A stretch of DNA of 64,000 nt from Octopus sinensis (GCF_006345805.1 NC_043012.1:56792001-56856000), one strand, 5' to 3'; positions 35,674-50,451 are shown, numbered from the stretch's first letter. The notes: generated by a model not told the origin, from the letters alone. A program made the numbers and translations.

Positions 35674-37497
35674 ACTATTTGACACATTTTTTTTTTGCTT
35701 TTTTAATCGGCCTTTAACAAGAATCCATCCGTGACCAATTCTATGGTTGATTTTATTTTTTCCCTGTAAAATGTTCTGCCGACGACAATATTATCTATCT
35801 ATCTATCTATCTATCTATATCTATCTATCGATTCTATCTATCTATCTATCTATCTTCTATCTATCATCTATCTATCTCTCTATCTTCCTGTCTGCACACA
35901 CACACAACACACACACACACAATATATATATATATTATATATATATATCTGCATCTGAAATACGCGCGCGCGCGCCATATTTAAGTGGCAGACAAAATAA
36001 CTTGTGGTATTTAGTCAGGGTCCTGGTTATGATTTGAAATCCCGACGAGGGGAACTTTGCCTTCCATTTCTCAGGGGCGGACGGACTCGATAAAACAAAA
36101 TACCAGTGAAGTACTGCCGTTGACTTCTCTCCCGCAAATTTCATTTCTGTCTCTATACTAGAAGCAGTTATTTAAAATGTCTCACAAAATATCGTACGGT
36201 ACATAGTTATGGCTCTTTACATTATGAGTTCGAATCCTGCCAAAGACAATACGCAGAGACACGAAACTAGGAAATATGTTTTTTTCCCTTTTTTTTAATG
36301 CTTTTTTTAACTGTAGGTAAATGAATTGATTTTTGTGAGAGATTTGACTGCTATTTCTAGCATATTGAGTCACCACTTATTAGCGTTCTTTTCAGCCCGT
36401 TTATCTTAGTTTTATCTTTCATATCTTTTACTGTTTCCCGCACTGAACTGTGCCATGCTGGAGTACAGCCTTGAAGGGTGGTTGTCGACAAATCATCTCC
36501 GGTACGTATTTTTAAGTTTGTTATTTTATTCTGTCGGTGTCTTGTACCTAACTGCTAAGTTATGTGACATAAACACATCAACACCGGTTGTCACGTAGTG
36601 TAGGTCACACACACACACACACACACACACTATTTGACACATTTTTTTTTGCTTTTTTAATCGGCCTTTAACAGGAATCCATCCGTGACCAATTCTATGT
36701 TTGTATTTTTTCCCTGTAAAATGTTCTGCCGACGACAATATCAATCTATCTATCTATCTATCTATCTATCTGTCTGTCTGCACACAACACACACACACAA
36801 CACACACACACACACACACCTATATATATATATATATATGCATATCTGCATAAATACGCGCGCGCGCCATATTTAAGTGGCAGACAAAATAACTTGTGGT
36901 ATTTAGTCAGGGTCTGTTTATGATTTGAAATCCCGACGAGGGGAACTTTGCCTTCATTCTCAGGGGCGGACGGACTCGATAAAACAAAATACCAGTGAAG
37001 TACTGCCGTTGACTTCTCTCCCGCAAATTTCATTTCTGTCTCTATACTAGAAGCAGTTATTTAAAATGTCTCACAAATATAGTACGGTACATAGTTATGG
37101 CTCTTTACATTATGAGTTCGAATCCTGCCAAAGACAATACGCAGAGACACGAAACTAGGAAATATGTTTTTTTCCCTTTTTTTTAATGCTTTTTTTAACT
37201 GTAGGTAAATGAATTGATTTTTGTGAGAGATTTGACTGCTATTTCTAGCATATTGAGTCACCACTTATTAGCGTTCTTTTCAGCCCGTTTATCTTAGTTT
37301 TATCTTTCATATCTTTTACTTGTTTCCCTCACTGAACTGTGGCCATGCTGGAGTACAGCCTTGAAGGGTTTTGTCGAACAAATCATCTCCGGTACGTATT
37401 TTTAAGTTTGTTATTTTATTCTGTCGGTGTCTTGTACCTAACTGCTAAGTTATGTGGACATAAACACATCAACACCGGTTGTCACGTAGTGGTAGGT

Positions 37498-37500
<3 letters not shown>
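35674..37500. repeat. Near-identical ~0.9-kb tandem duplication (35674-36606 / 36630-37500)
   Basis: Both copies start ctatttgacacattt and end gtcacgtagtg(g)taggtcac, with (CA)n at every junction. Confidence 0.93.
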
Positions 37501-37528
<28 letters not shown>

Positions 37529-39604
37529 ATTACACAGTTTCCGTCAACCAAACTCACTGACAAGGCACAGGTTGGCGCGGGGCTATAGTAAAAGACACTA
37601 GCTGCCCCAAGGTGCTACGCAGTGGTGCTGAACCCGAAACCGCGCTCTTGCAAGTGGTTTTATGGGAGACTTGGCTGCTCTTTCTGGAATATCGAACTAC
37701 CTCTAAGAAGCTTTCTTTTCGACAAATTTATTTATTAATTATTGCTATTATAAAACCCCAGGTCATCTGTTTACGCAGACTTATGGTCAAAAGCGTTGAA
37801 ACCGTGACCGTTCAATCTATTATTCCGATCATGTAGTTCTTAAGACTATCACCACAAGCGTCCTTCCTTCCTCTCTTTTAATGACCGTAGGTTTTGGTTC
37901 GAAGCAGATTTCGCTGCTCTTTTTAGAGTATCTATTAGAGTCGTGTGCCGTTGAATAAATGACAAAGCCTTCTCATATTCATTCTCCTCTATGTTAAGCA
38001 GACCAGTTACCAAAGGAGCTTTCCAACCGTGACCATCCTATCTTAACTCCTATCTTTCTTCACGTATTATAAACCCCAGATCATTGAAGGTGACTGATTT
38101 CTTTTTTTTTAATGTTAGCAAGTGCTTTTGAGGGCGATTTAGCTACTTTGTAAATGTAAAATGTTGCTGGGCAGCCCCCGCCGGGTTAGCCCCCTGTGGT
38201 TAATCCTGATTAACTTAAGATCAAAAGCAATCCAGCTGTGACCATCCTGTTCCCCACCCCCAGTGTGCAAAAACCTCAGGATCACATTTATCAACACGTT
38301 CTTTTTCGAAGACGGTGGGGTGTAATTTAAAGAAAATTTGGTTGCTATTTCTAGTTGCTCAGTCACCCGACCACACAGTGTCTCTCTTACGTTGGCTTGC
38401 GCAATATGAAAAGTTATCGGTTCGTTAAAAACCTAAGCAGATGGCTGTCGTTTTTTCTCTTTATTTTCGCTCTTTTTAAATGATTAATCTTGATAAACCA
38501 GTGTTTTCTCTAATCTTTTTAAGAAATCGACACACTTTTATTTCACTATAAGTGAAACGACACACGGCATACTATAAATAGTATAACATTTATTTAAAGC
38601 GTTGAATAAAAACGAAACTTGGCTCGCTCGTGTCTATGTATATGAGAGAGAGAGTAGGGGGAGAAAGAGTAAGCATGCGCAGATCAAATTAGGTAATTAA
38701 GTTTAATTTTAATCTGTAAAAAAGTGTAAAAAAAGAAAAAAGAGAAATGAAATAGAGCAATATGAGATCGGAAAATATCGGGATACATCAGTAAATTTAG
38801 CGATATACTTGAAATGTCGAGACAGCGGTGTTGGAAAATACAGCGGCGAAATAAACAAGGGCAAATTTTTATTTTCATTTCGCCGACATCCTTTAAAACA
38901 AAACATTCAAACATCGTCTGACACAACAAATCCTTGGGTTATGGTACACCGAGCTTCTTATCAATTACACACCTTTGTATATTTGTCTCTTTATTTATTT
39001 ATGTGTACAAAGAGTGCAAAGTCAATTTCAATTCCCAATAGAAACAGCTTCACTTCATTAATCTGTTAATAACCATCGATAAAGGCTTTTTGGCCGTTTA
39101 ATCGTATTATTTGACTTCCTCTCTACACTGATAACCTTTAGCACTCCGGGCAAAATACTTTGGTGGCAATTCGTCCGTCTTTACAATCTGAGTTCAAATT
39201 CCACCGAGGTCGACTCTATCTTTCATTCTTTCGGAGTCGATAAAATAAATATGAGTCGATGTAATCGACTTACTGCCTCCTTCGAACTTGCCGGCCTTGT
39301 GCTTATAGTAGAAAATATTAATTGTGATACATTCACACTGTGGCTTGGTTGGATATACCGAGACGGTTGACACCTTTCACTCGCATTGTTTTCTTTGCAT
39401 ACTGGCGATGGTGGTGGCGGAAACGTGTTATACGCAACGTCCTGGCGTCGTTAAACGAAAGCTTCGAGAAAGAAGCCTTTCTTTTAACGGAATGTGGCTC
39501 ACCGAACCCACAGACCCAGTTTTCGGTGACGTGACGTTGCAAATGAATATAAAGCACTTGATTTCTAACAGAGGGTTTAAAGTCTGATATTTTCTCAAGA
39601 AGAA

Positions 39605-40029
39605 AGATCTTTTCGGTTTGAACGGCAGTTTTTTAAAATAATTTCCACGTAACTAAACACTTTTAAACTTCGTATACTGGTAGAATGTGTTTATAAAACA
39701 TCTTTTTCTCTCGGCTTTATTGAGAAAATTCTATAGTTTGTAAGATATTTGTTGTTTTTTTTCTTCAATTTCTGCAATTTCAACCAATCACTGACGTCTA
39801 TTGGGGTGAAAACTTTCTGTGCCGTATGAATATTTTAAGAAACAGATTGGGTTTATTTACATTTCGGAAGAAAAAGAGATACCCTTCCCCCCACCCCAAA
39901 CCCTAACCCTAACTAACCCTAACCCTAAAACAGATTGAAATGCAATAGATCGATACTAGGGTCATAATTATGGGTGACAATTTCATATGACACTGCTAGA
40001 AAAAACTGCCGTTCAAACCTAAAAGATCC
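39605..40029 (-). mobile_element. MITE with ~28-bp TIRs and 8-bp TSD (Merlin-like), containing (CCCTAA)n
   Basis: agatcttttcggtttgaacggcagttttt / aaaaactgccgttcaaacctaaaagatcc; TSD aagaagaa / aagaagta. Confidence 0.88.
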
Positions 40030-40811
40030 AAGAAGTATTATAATTAATCATATTAATTCGAATACTAAATGTCCATATGAATAGCACTTATTTTATTCCC
40101 ACTCCTCCGGAACGATGACGGGAAAAGTAGAGACTTCAGAGGGGTTTCTTCCCAGAAAAGTAAATATCACCGCTTTAGCGATTCCGTTATTCCACATATT
40201 ACCGGATATCTACGAAAGAAATCGTTATGAATTTCAAGTCAGATATAAGATTAGATTCAGTAGCTAATATCACTCGATATCGATAACGTGTGCCAGTTAT
40301 GTGCTGTGGATCAGTTCTGTTGAGCCCATCCTTCACTTTGAGTGTATCCTGTTTATATCAATGCATCTTTGTCTCTCTTTTTCTTCTATTCCTCCATTTA
40401 CCAGTTTATTATCTCGATCCTTCCACCTGCGCATGACACGAAAAAATTATTTTTCTAATAATGTATTGCATAGCATTATCAGCATTACATTTATTTAGTA
40501 ACAGCGGCGTAGCCTGGGTTTTAGCTGCCCTGTATGGTTGTGAAAATGGCTGTCCCTCTTTCCTTAAACGTAGCGTTCCTCCAACTACAATAAGCACACG
40601 TACATATAGAGGATGCCGTGTGCAGTCTGCAGTCTGCACACCGCAGCGATATCTGGACGATATTAGGTTTTATGTACATATTTCTACGTGACTAATAATG
40701 AAACCTAAAGAAATATGCCTATTTCTGTGTTTTCTCGGATTGTTTTGGCTTCATTGATAGTCCCACAAAGGTGGTTAGTTGGCATTATCGTTAATATGCA
40801 GGACAAAATTC

Positions 40812-41263
40812 TGTGGCCGTGTGGTAAATAGCTTGCTTACGAACCATATGGTTCCGGGTTCAGTCCCACTGTGTGGCACCTTGGGCATACGTCTTCTACT
40901 ATAGCCTCGGGCCGACTAAAGCCTTGTGAGTGGATTTGGTAGACGGAAACTGAAAGAAACCCGTCGTATATATGTATATATATATATATATAATATATAT
41001 ATATTATATATATATATATATTATATATATATATATGTATGTGTGTGCATATTTGTGTGTCTGTGTTGTCCCCCAACATGGCTTGACAACCGATGCTGAT
41101 GTGTTTACATCCCCGTAACCTAGCGGTTCGGCAAAAGAGACCGATAGAATAAGTACTAGGCTTACAAAGAATAAGTCCTGGGGTCGATTTGTTCAACTAA
41201 AGGCGGTGCTCCAGCATGGCCACAGTCAAATGACTGAAACAAGTAAAAAGGTAAAAAAGTAAA
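40812..41263 (+). mobile_element. SINE family B
   Basis: tgtggccgtgtggtaaatagcttgc...gactgaaacaagtaaaa. Confidence 0.9.
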
Positions 41264-42022
41264 GGAGGTCTTGTACATCTAGTAAAAAGGATTGGTTATT
41301 AGTCCCACAAAAATGGTGTGTTGGTAGAACCATACAAAACGTTTAGCGGCATTTCTTCTGGAACTCAACATTCTGGTTTCGAATCCCATCGAAGTCAACT
41401 TTGTCATTCTTTTGAAATCGATGAAATAAAGTATCAGTCTAGTACTGGCTCGATGTAATCGATTCGCCCTAGCTCCACAACTCCACTGGCCTTGTGCCAA
41501 AACCAACTACCACCGGTTTCTGGTTTAGACACAAGGCTAGCAGTTTTGAGAGAGGGGCGTTAGTCGATAACACTAGCTGGAACTTTATTATATCGATCCC
41601 GAAAAAATGAAAGATAAAGATGTCTTCTGTGGGTTTTGAAGTCTGAATGTTTCGAGTGAATGATGTCAGTAATGACACAAACTGAATAGTTTCTCCATTG
41701 GAACTCCCAAATTTTCCCCTTGGGATTCAAAAACTTCAGTCCCACAAATGGTGTTTCATCTATAATAAGAATTGTGAATTAAGACCTAACGTTAGAAATC
41801 TATATTCGGTTTATCAGTGATTCTTTTTTTCAGTTTGTTCCGAACTAGGAAGCTATCGCAATGAAGTAAAATTATTGATATACTCGCCATATTGACAAAA
41901 GAAAGGCGTCGAGGTAATCGATCGACTTACTAGAAATAACAACCAAATCTCCCTTGAATCCTGTACTACCAATTTAATAAAAAAAAAGTGAAAGGTCATA
42001 TTAGATACTGTAATTTCAGATA

Positions 42023-42114
<92 letters not shown>

Positions 42115-42610
42115 CGCACTCTTTCCCTCCCTTTTCCTCTCTCACTTTCCACGTATGTGTGTATGTGTGTGTTTGGAAACCAAAATGGGGATGGTCACAG
42201 ATGGAAAGTTTTGATTACATTTGTTCAGTCATGGCTTGCCTGAAGGTTAGACAACCAACAGCTAACCAAATAATCCGCCATATTGGTTTGTTTTGATTAG
42301 ATGTAAAGCCAGCTCTCGCGTGGAAATGTCGAAGTCGTCTGTACCTCTTTTATAGACCTCAGGAGGAATGAAATAAATGTTATTTCCGACTGGATGCGAA
42401 CTAAAAACAAAGAAAGATGAAGTTAACCATTAGATTCTGTTGTAATTTAGTCACTGTCTTTGATTATCTCTGTCTGATCGAGCAGACGTGATAATCTAAG
42501 GTAATACGTACGTTGACTACCAATTGAATTTTTTTCATGCATAGTATATCTAGATTTACATTAGCCAGCGTATCGTTTTATTGGTAGTGGTATTATTTGA
42601 GTAAGATTTA

Positions 42611-42832
42611 AGGCAACGAACCTGACAGAATCGTTAGCACGCCTTATAAAATGCTTAGCAATATTTTGTCCGTCTTTACGTTCTGAGTTCAAATTCCGCC
42701 GAGGTCGACTTTGCATTTAATCCTTTCGAGGTCGATGCAATAAATTCCATTTTAGGACTAATGTCGATGAAATCGACTACCCCACTCCCCCCTCCTCGAA
42801 ATTTCGGTCCTTGTGCCTATAAGTAGAAAGGA
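42611..42832 (+). mobile_element. Older SINE family A inserted into a family E copy
   Basis: tttgagtaa occurs on both sides (~42596 and ~42836). Confidence 0.75.
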
Positions 42833-43358
42833 TTTTTTGAGTAAAGTTTGGCTGCTATTTCTTGCAATTTAACGATTACGTAGAACCTTCCACCTATTTG
42901 GCTTTACTAGATTCTTACACAAACACTAAGTCAATTTTCAATTTTTGTTGAGTGAAAGAGCTAAACGAGATACATATGTTTCCAGGTTATTAACGGTATT
43001 TATATTAACCATTCTAGACACGAGAAATTAAAAGAAAAAGAAGAAAAAAAACCCAACAAAAAACAAAAACAAAATGACATTATAGGATTTGAATATAACA
43101 GGACGCAAACTACACCGACAATCCTGTCATATTTCATACTAAATTTATGTTTATTCTAAATTTGTTTCACAGGATACACATCGCACATCAATTTACTCTA
43201 TGAAAATATCGCTACAGTATTACATATTCTGCCAACCCATTCTGCCTATGTATTGCGTATACCGTTGACGTATTATGATCAACTATTCCCTAATATCTAT
43301 CTATCTATCTATCTATCTATCTACTATCTATCTATCTATCTATCTATCTATCTGTCTA

Positions 43359-43445
<87 letters not shown>

Positions 43446-43462
43446 GCTTGTCTGTCTATCTA

Positions 43463-43510
<48 letters not shown>

Positions 43511-43607
43511 TGTCTGTCTGTATGTATGTATGTATGTATGTACAGTGTGTATATAACTTTCAAACTATTCTTATAGTAATAATATATATTTGTCAATATA
43601 TTCTTAT

Positions 43608-44058
43608 CAACGCAAGCACACGGTTTCAAGTTTAGTCCCACTGCGCAGCATCTTGGGCAAGTGTTTTCTACTATAGCACCCGAATCGATTAATGCCTTGT
43701 GAGTGAATTTGGTAGACGGAAACTGTGTGGAAGCCCATCGTATACTTACATACTTACGCACACACACACGCACACACACACACACCACACACACACACAC
43801 CACGGGCCCGCGCGTGTGTGTACGTGTGTATTTTTGTTTCTCCACCCACTCTCCACTTGACAACCGGCGTTGGTTTGTTTACATCCCCGTAACTTACCGT
43901 TTCAGCGGAAGGAAACGATAGAATAAGTACCGGACTCGGAAGAAATACTACCTGACCCGAGGTTGATTTGATTTACTAAATCCTTTTAAGGCGGTACCCC
44001 GGCATGGCCGCAGTCATCGCCGGAGCAAGTAAGAGAACAAAAGAATAAAGGAATAAAG
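43608..44058 (+). mobile_element. Older SINE family B
   Basis: agtcccactgcgcagcatcttgggcaagtg...ggcatggccgcagtc. Confidence 0.75.
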
Positions 44059-44059
44059 G

Positions 44060-46200
44060 AATTCCATTGACGTATTCTTTCGAACGATTATGATAGTACA
44101 ACGTATTCCAGCAACATAGTTACCTGAAGTATTCCTATAATACACATACAAATATAATCAACATATGCTGCTTAACTATTCTCAGAATATACATATTCCA
44201 CAGAAGTATTTACATTAAGTATTCTAATGGAGTCTCTAAAACCTCGGAGAAAACGGCAGCTCATTCCAAATATAGATATTTTCTAAAATTTATTATAATT
44301 GTGCGCTTTGTTTTCCTCGCATCTTAAATGATTAATGGTGGACGTCGTCCATCGAAATTCTAACAACACTACTGTAGAGTGTACATTTTCCGGCAATATA
44401 TTCTATTAAAGTATTCCATAATCCATCAACGTATTCATTGAAAAACAATCCCTATGGAATAAACATGGAAAATGTTATACTATACGTACTTTATAAACGT
44501 ATAAACATTTTCTATAAAAGTATATCATATAATATGCATGCTCCGTCGATGTTATCTATGAAAGTATTCCAATAGTAATACATATTTCGTCATTGTATTT
44601 TTCGAAAGAAATTACTATAGTATAAACATTCTACCAAACGTTTCATTTTTGCAGTATTTCTATAGCATACAAATTTAATAAACGTATTCTATAAAAATAT
44701 TCCTATAGCATACATATTCCGTCAACATATTCTAATCATTGTATTACTTTGGCATGCATAGTCTGTTAACAATTTCATATTCCATCATTCCAGATTCTTT
44801 CGTAGTGTTTCTGTTTAGTACAGGCATTCCGTTATCGTATGCCATCTTACAAAATAGCAATATTGTATTATGTTGAAATATAATATACAAAATAATATAT
44901 TATAATACTTTACAATATAATACAGTTATAATATGTCGTATTATTTTAAAGAAAGAACTTTTACATATTGAGAAATGTATTACACAACTATTTGTACATA
45001 TTTTGTCAACGTGTTCATTAAATTATTCTATCAAACTATTTATTCCTAGAGAATACGTATTCCGCAATATGAGAGAGCCATTACGTGATCGTACGACCAG
45101 TTAAAAATAGCAACCAAATCTTCCGGAAATTATAAGCCTATCATCATAGAGAAGGACATGTTGGTTAATGTGGTCCTTTGGGTTCTCTTGCACATGACGG
45201 GGGAAAAAAAGAAAAGAAAAAAAATGGAGTGAATTGCTATGATTGGAATAGTTTTGGCCATAGGTCAGTTGGATAAAAGCTGACGTACGGTTGAATAACA
45301 CAAGCAACCCTATGAACATATTCTTGTATCATATATACTTCGTCAACGTGTTTTAAAACACGATTCTATCATTCTAGAATTATAGGATTCTATCATAGTA
45401 TTTTATATATATTCCGCCAACTCTCCTTTTAGAGTATTGCTACTTTATACATGTTCCGTCAACGTATTCTGTTTAAAGTATTTCTAATGTTCACATATTT
45501 CGTCTGTGCAATCTTTTACTGTATTCTTAGTTTACACATATTCCGACATTGTATTCTGTTTAAGTGTTTTCTTAACACGAATTTTATCAACGCGAATTTT
45601 ATCAACGTATTCAAATAAGGTATTGTCTGCGGAATACATATTCTGACCCCGTATTCTATTAATGTATTCCAATAGAATATATATTCCACCAACGTAGTCT
45701 ACAAAAACAGTCCTTGTATACACATATTCCGTCAACGTATTCTTTTATTGTGTTTCTATACTGTATTGCATTGTATTCCGTATATATCAATGTTCTGTTG
45801 TTCTCCTATATTCTATCAACACATTCTTTTAAAGTGTTTCTATAATATATATACATATATATGTAACATGTATGTATATATGTGTGCTCGTATTCCTACA
45901 GCATACATATTCTATTAACGTATAATTCTAATGAATTTTTATAATATACATACTTTATAAACGCGTTCTGGAAAAGTATTCCAATGTTCTCTCTATGTGT
46001 TCTGTTAAAGTATTCCTTCCTATACATGTCAACGTAGTCTAAATATTTCTATATATTCATAACGCATTCTTTTAAAACAATTCTATAGTATTCACATAAT
46101 CTTTTAGCGTATTCTGCTAAAATATTCTTACAATATACATACATACATACATATTCTAAACGTATTCTGTCTGGGTGTATTCTCCACGTATTAATACATA
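44060..46200. repeat. Degenerate ~43-bp satellite with ~14-bp TATTC sub-period
   Basis: Units like tacatattccgtcaacgtattctattaaagtattcctatagca recur throughout; interrupted at ~45075-45310 by a family E copy. Confidence 0.8.
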
Positions 46201-46237
46201 GTATTTGTCTGAGTTTTATCTTACGATATATATAATA

Positions 46238-46286
<49 letters not shown>

Positions 46287-46500
46287 CGTATGTGCGTGCG
46301 TGCGTGTGCATATATGTATATATTATTATCAAGGAAGTGGATAATAAAGAAATAGTTGTCCATTTCGGGATATTTTATATACCTTACTTATTGCGAATAT
46401 TTTCCAGTAACTAAGTAGTAAGGTATGTCGATTCTTCATAAGTTTTATATATATATATATCTATATATATATATTATATATATATATTATAGATATATTA

Positions 46501-46912
46501 TTTTATTCTTTTAGTTGTTTCAGTCATTTGACTGCAGCTATGCTGGAGCACCACCTTTTAGTCAAGCAAATCGACCCCAAGACTTATTCTTTGTAAGCCT
46601 AGTACTTATTCTATCGGACTCTTTTTGCCGAACCCCTAAGTTACGGGAACGTAAGCACACCAGCATCGGATGTCAAGCGATGTTGGGGGGACAAACACAG
46701 ACACACAAATACGCACACACATACACACATATATATGTATATACATATATACGATGGGCTTCTTTCAGTTTCCGTCTACCAAATCCACTTACAAGGCAGT
46801 GGTCGGCCCGAGGCTATAGTAGAAGACACTTGCCCGACGTGTCACGCAGTGAGACTGAACCCGCAACCATGTCGTTAGTAAGCAAGCTTTACCAGACAGT
46901 CATTCCTGCACC

Positions 46913-46914
<2 letters not shown>
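46501..46914 (-). mobile_element. SINE family B, full length
   Basis: Tail-to-head match to the other copies. Confidence 0.88.
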
Positions 46915-46965
<51 letters not shown>

Positions 46966-47086
46966 ATATATATATGTTTTCAAATTTTGACACAGGGCCA
47001 GTAAAGACAGAACGTAAAGACAGACGAAATGCGCTAAGCATTATATATAAGCATATATATATTATATATTATTATATATATATATC

Positions 47087-47117
<31 letters not shown>

Positions 47118-47949
47118 CATATGTTATTGGTAAGTATCTAAAACAACCAATGGTTTTCAGTATATCTTATCTTCTGCTATATACATATTATTATATTTGG
47201 TAGACGGAAAATAAAGAATATATATGTTATATATAGATATGTATTATCTATGTTTGTATAGCATTATTGACAATATATATGGTGTATATATATATATATA
47301 TGGTTAGAGACCGATAGAATAGTATAAATAATCTTATGTCGATTATCTACTAAAAGGTGGTGCTCCAGATATATCAATGACTGAAACAAAGTATAAAAGA
47401 GAATATATATATATATCTATATATATATATATACATATATGTATATATTATATATATATATATAATGTATATATATATATATATATATGTGTATATATAT
47501 ACTATATATATATATATTATATATATATATGATATATATGTATATATATATGTGTGTATATTATATATATATATATTATCTGTATGTAATGTATGTATGT
47601 ATGTAGGTATATGTACACGTATAAAATTGCAAACAATGTATACAAACATATGTATAGTGTATATAGCCCTCCCCACATATACTCGTTATATATGATTTAT
47701 ACTATATATGTATATATGGGAAGTCGACTCGAGTCCGAGTGAAACTATTTTTCTAAGAATCAAAACTCCAAGAAGTTCCTGCGCACGAGTTTGTTAAGTT
47801 TTGAGTAAAGTGTTGCACAACACCGAACGCAGTTTCCATGGCACGACAGAAGTTGACAGACAAAAAAATCAGCTGCTTTTCAGGTGATTTATCCGACATT
47901 ACCTTGTCTAAGAAGGAAGTGCTAACGAGAGAGAAGTAGCGGTCCTTCA

Positions 47950-48113
47950 TTAGTTCATAGCTGGGATGACCCTGACAGGTGTTACTATTCTGGGTCAGAG
48001 TAGACATGGGAACAAATAGTGACTAGGAGTTGATTCCACGCTCCTCAAAATCCACGCGACTCCCGAATCAAAGCTCTAACTACCAAATGCATTTTGAAGT
48101 CTTACCCAGGACA
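47950..48113 (-). mobile_element. Decayed dispersed repeat (accctgacaggtg...gggtcagagtagac...acccaggacac)
   Basis: Resembles, from memory, an abundant octopus retroposon; only one copy in this window. Confidence 0.35.
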
Positions 48114-48343
48114 CACACAAACACACACACACACACTCTTATATATTCCATCCTACTATATAGGCCTGAAATTCTAGGGGAAGGGGGCTAATCGATTACA
48201 TCAACTCCAGTAGTTGACTGGTATGTCATCCTTAAGGGATAGAAGACATAGTTGGCCTGGGCGGAATTTGAACTAAGAGTGTGAAGGGGGCCGGAAAACC
48301 ACTAAGCATTTTGCTTGACGTGTTAACGGTTCAGCCAGCTCGC

Positions 48344-48385
<42 letters not shown>

Positions 48386-48409
48386 TACATACATACGTAT
48401 TTATATGCA

Positions 48410-48460
<51 letters not shown>

Positions 48461-49149
48461 GTATGTGTGTATTCTGTGTGTGTATGTGTGTGGTGGTGTG
48501 TGTGTGTGTGTGTGTGTGTTGTGCGTATATTGTATGACATCAGTCGATAAATGTTGGCTATGTATCTCTACAAGAAAAATACCTCTCGGGGGCGCATGGT
48601 TGGGTCAAGATTTTACTTTATATAATTTTATTTATCTTCATTAAAGTCACGTGGATTTATGGGCAAAGTGTTATGATCGTGGGTGGGGGTTCGATCTCCG
48701 GACCGAGCAGTAGATGTATTTTATTTTTATTTTTTATTTATTTTTTTATTTTAGCAAAAAAACACTTCATTTTACGTCGTCCCTGTCCGCTTTGCTATTA
48801 ATGACTTTCAACAATAGCTAGGGAGTTTATCCTGTGGCAGATGTCCCCCTTCAAAAGGGAGTGTTGTACTCGCAACCAGTTATGCGTTATGGGAAATGGG
48901 TTAAGCTTTGGCTTTATGGGGCCTAATTTTCATGGCAGACCTGAGTCTATGCGAGTCATTTTTTCCTTATGAAAAGGCAATGAGGGCAACATGCAGCACG
49001 ACTTTATGGAACTAATTAAGCTCGCAGGTGAAATCTCGATGTACAGAGCCGGTCCAAATATCGCAAAACGATTTTAACAAGCTACCAACACACACATAAT
49101 ATATATGTATGCATACATGTATATTTATGTAAGTATAAATACATATTTA

Positions 49150-49188
<39 letters not shown>

Positions 49189-49190
<2 letters not shown>

Positions 49191-49637
49191 TCTTACTCTT
49201 TTACTTGTTTCAGTCATTTGACTGCGGCCATGCTGGAGCACCGCCTTTAATCGAGCAAATCGACCCCGGAACTTATTTTTTTGTAAGTCCGGTACTTATT
49301 CTATCGGTCTCTTTTGCCGAACCGCTAAGTAACGGGGAGATAAACACACCAGCATCGGTTGTCAAGCAATGCTAGGACAAACACAGACACACACGCATAT
49401 ATATATATATGTCATTAATTATTATTGTCATACTAATACATTGTTTGTTTGTACTCCACCTGCCTTCGTCCTTTGTTCATTTTCGTAAACCATCCCGTTA
49501 TATATACATATATACGACGGGCTTCTTTCAGTTTCCATCTATAGTAGAAGACACTTGCCCAAGGTGCCACGCAGTGGGACTGAACCCGGAACCATGTGGT
49601 TGGTAAACAAGCTACTTACCACACAGCCACTCCTGCG
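49189..49637 (-). mobile_element. SINE family B with an HH-A 3' fragment (49428-49500) in its microsatellite
   Basis: Insert catactaatacattgtttgtttgtactccacctgccttcgtc matches the reverse complement of 56626-56735. Confidence 0.88.
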
Positions 49638-49676
49638 GTTATATATATATATATATAAACCGTATTAATTTATAAT

Positions 49677-49723
<47 letters not shown>

Positions 49724-49754
49724 ATATTATATATATATATTATATATATATATA

Positions 49755-50423
49755 ACCCTTGCTACTATAGGTACAAGGCTCGAAAGTTTTGGAACGGGCT
49801 AGTTACATCGATCCCAGTACGTAACTTGTACTTATATCATGGACTACAAAAAAGGCAAAGTCGATCCCTGAGGAATTTAAACTCAGAACGTAAAGACGGA
49901 CGAAATACTGCTAAGCATTTTGTCCGGCGTGTTCACTATTCTTCTAGTTAGCCGCCTTGTTTAGTAATGGTTTTAAATTTTGCCACAGAAACAGCAGTTT
50001 ATTTATTTATTTTTTTCTTGCTGAGTGGAAGGGAAAGTCAATTATATCGAACCCAGTACTTGCCTGATACTTATATTGTCGACCCCGAAAGGATGAAAGA
50101 CTAAGCGAACCTTAAACTTCGGCGGAATTTGAACTCAGAACATAAAGACGAACGAAATACCGCTAAGCATTTTACACACCGTATTAACGATTCTACCAGC
50201 TCGCTACTTTATTTAATAATCCTTTCTACTAAAGGCACAAGGCTTGAAATTTGAGGGATAGTCAATTACATCGACCCCAGTGCTCAACTGGGACTTATTT
50301 TATAAACTCCGAGAGGATGTAAGGTAAAGTCGACCCCAGCGAAATTTGAACTCAGAACATGAAAACAGACGAAATGCCCCTAAGCATTTCACCCGGCGTG
50401 CTAACGCTTCAGCCAGCTCGCCG
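49755..50423 (-). mobile_element. Three head-to-tail older SINE family A copies
   Basis: gaattt(g/a)aactcagaac..aaagac..acgaaat...ctaagcattt occurs three times. Confidence 0.8.
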
Positions 50424-50451
50424 CTTTACTTTCATTAATGACAATAATAAT

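Noticed and set aside
39896-39927. Telomere or chromosome-fusion scar
   Set aside because: The repeats are internal to a MITE present twice in the window
44060-46200. Possible CRISPR-like array
   Set aside because: Continuous degenerate tandem units with no constant repeat/unique spacer pattern; eukaryotic context
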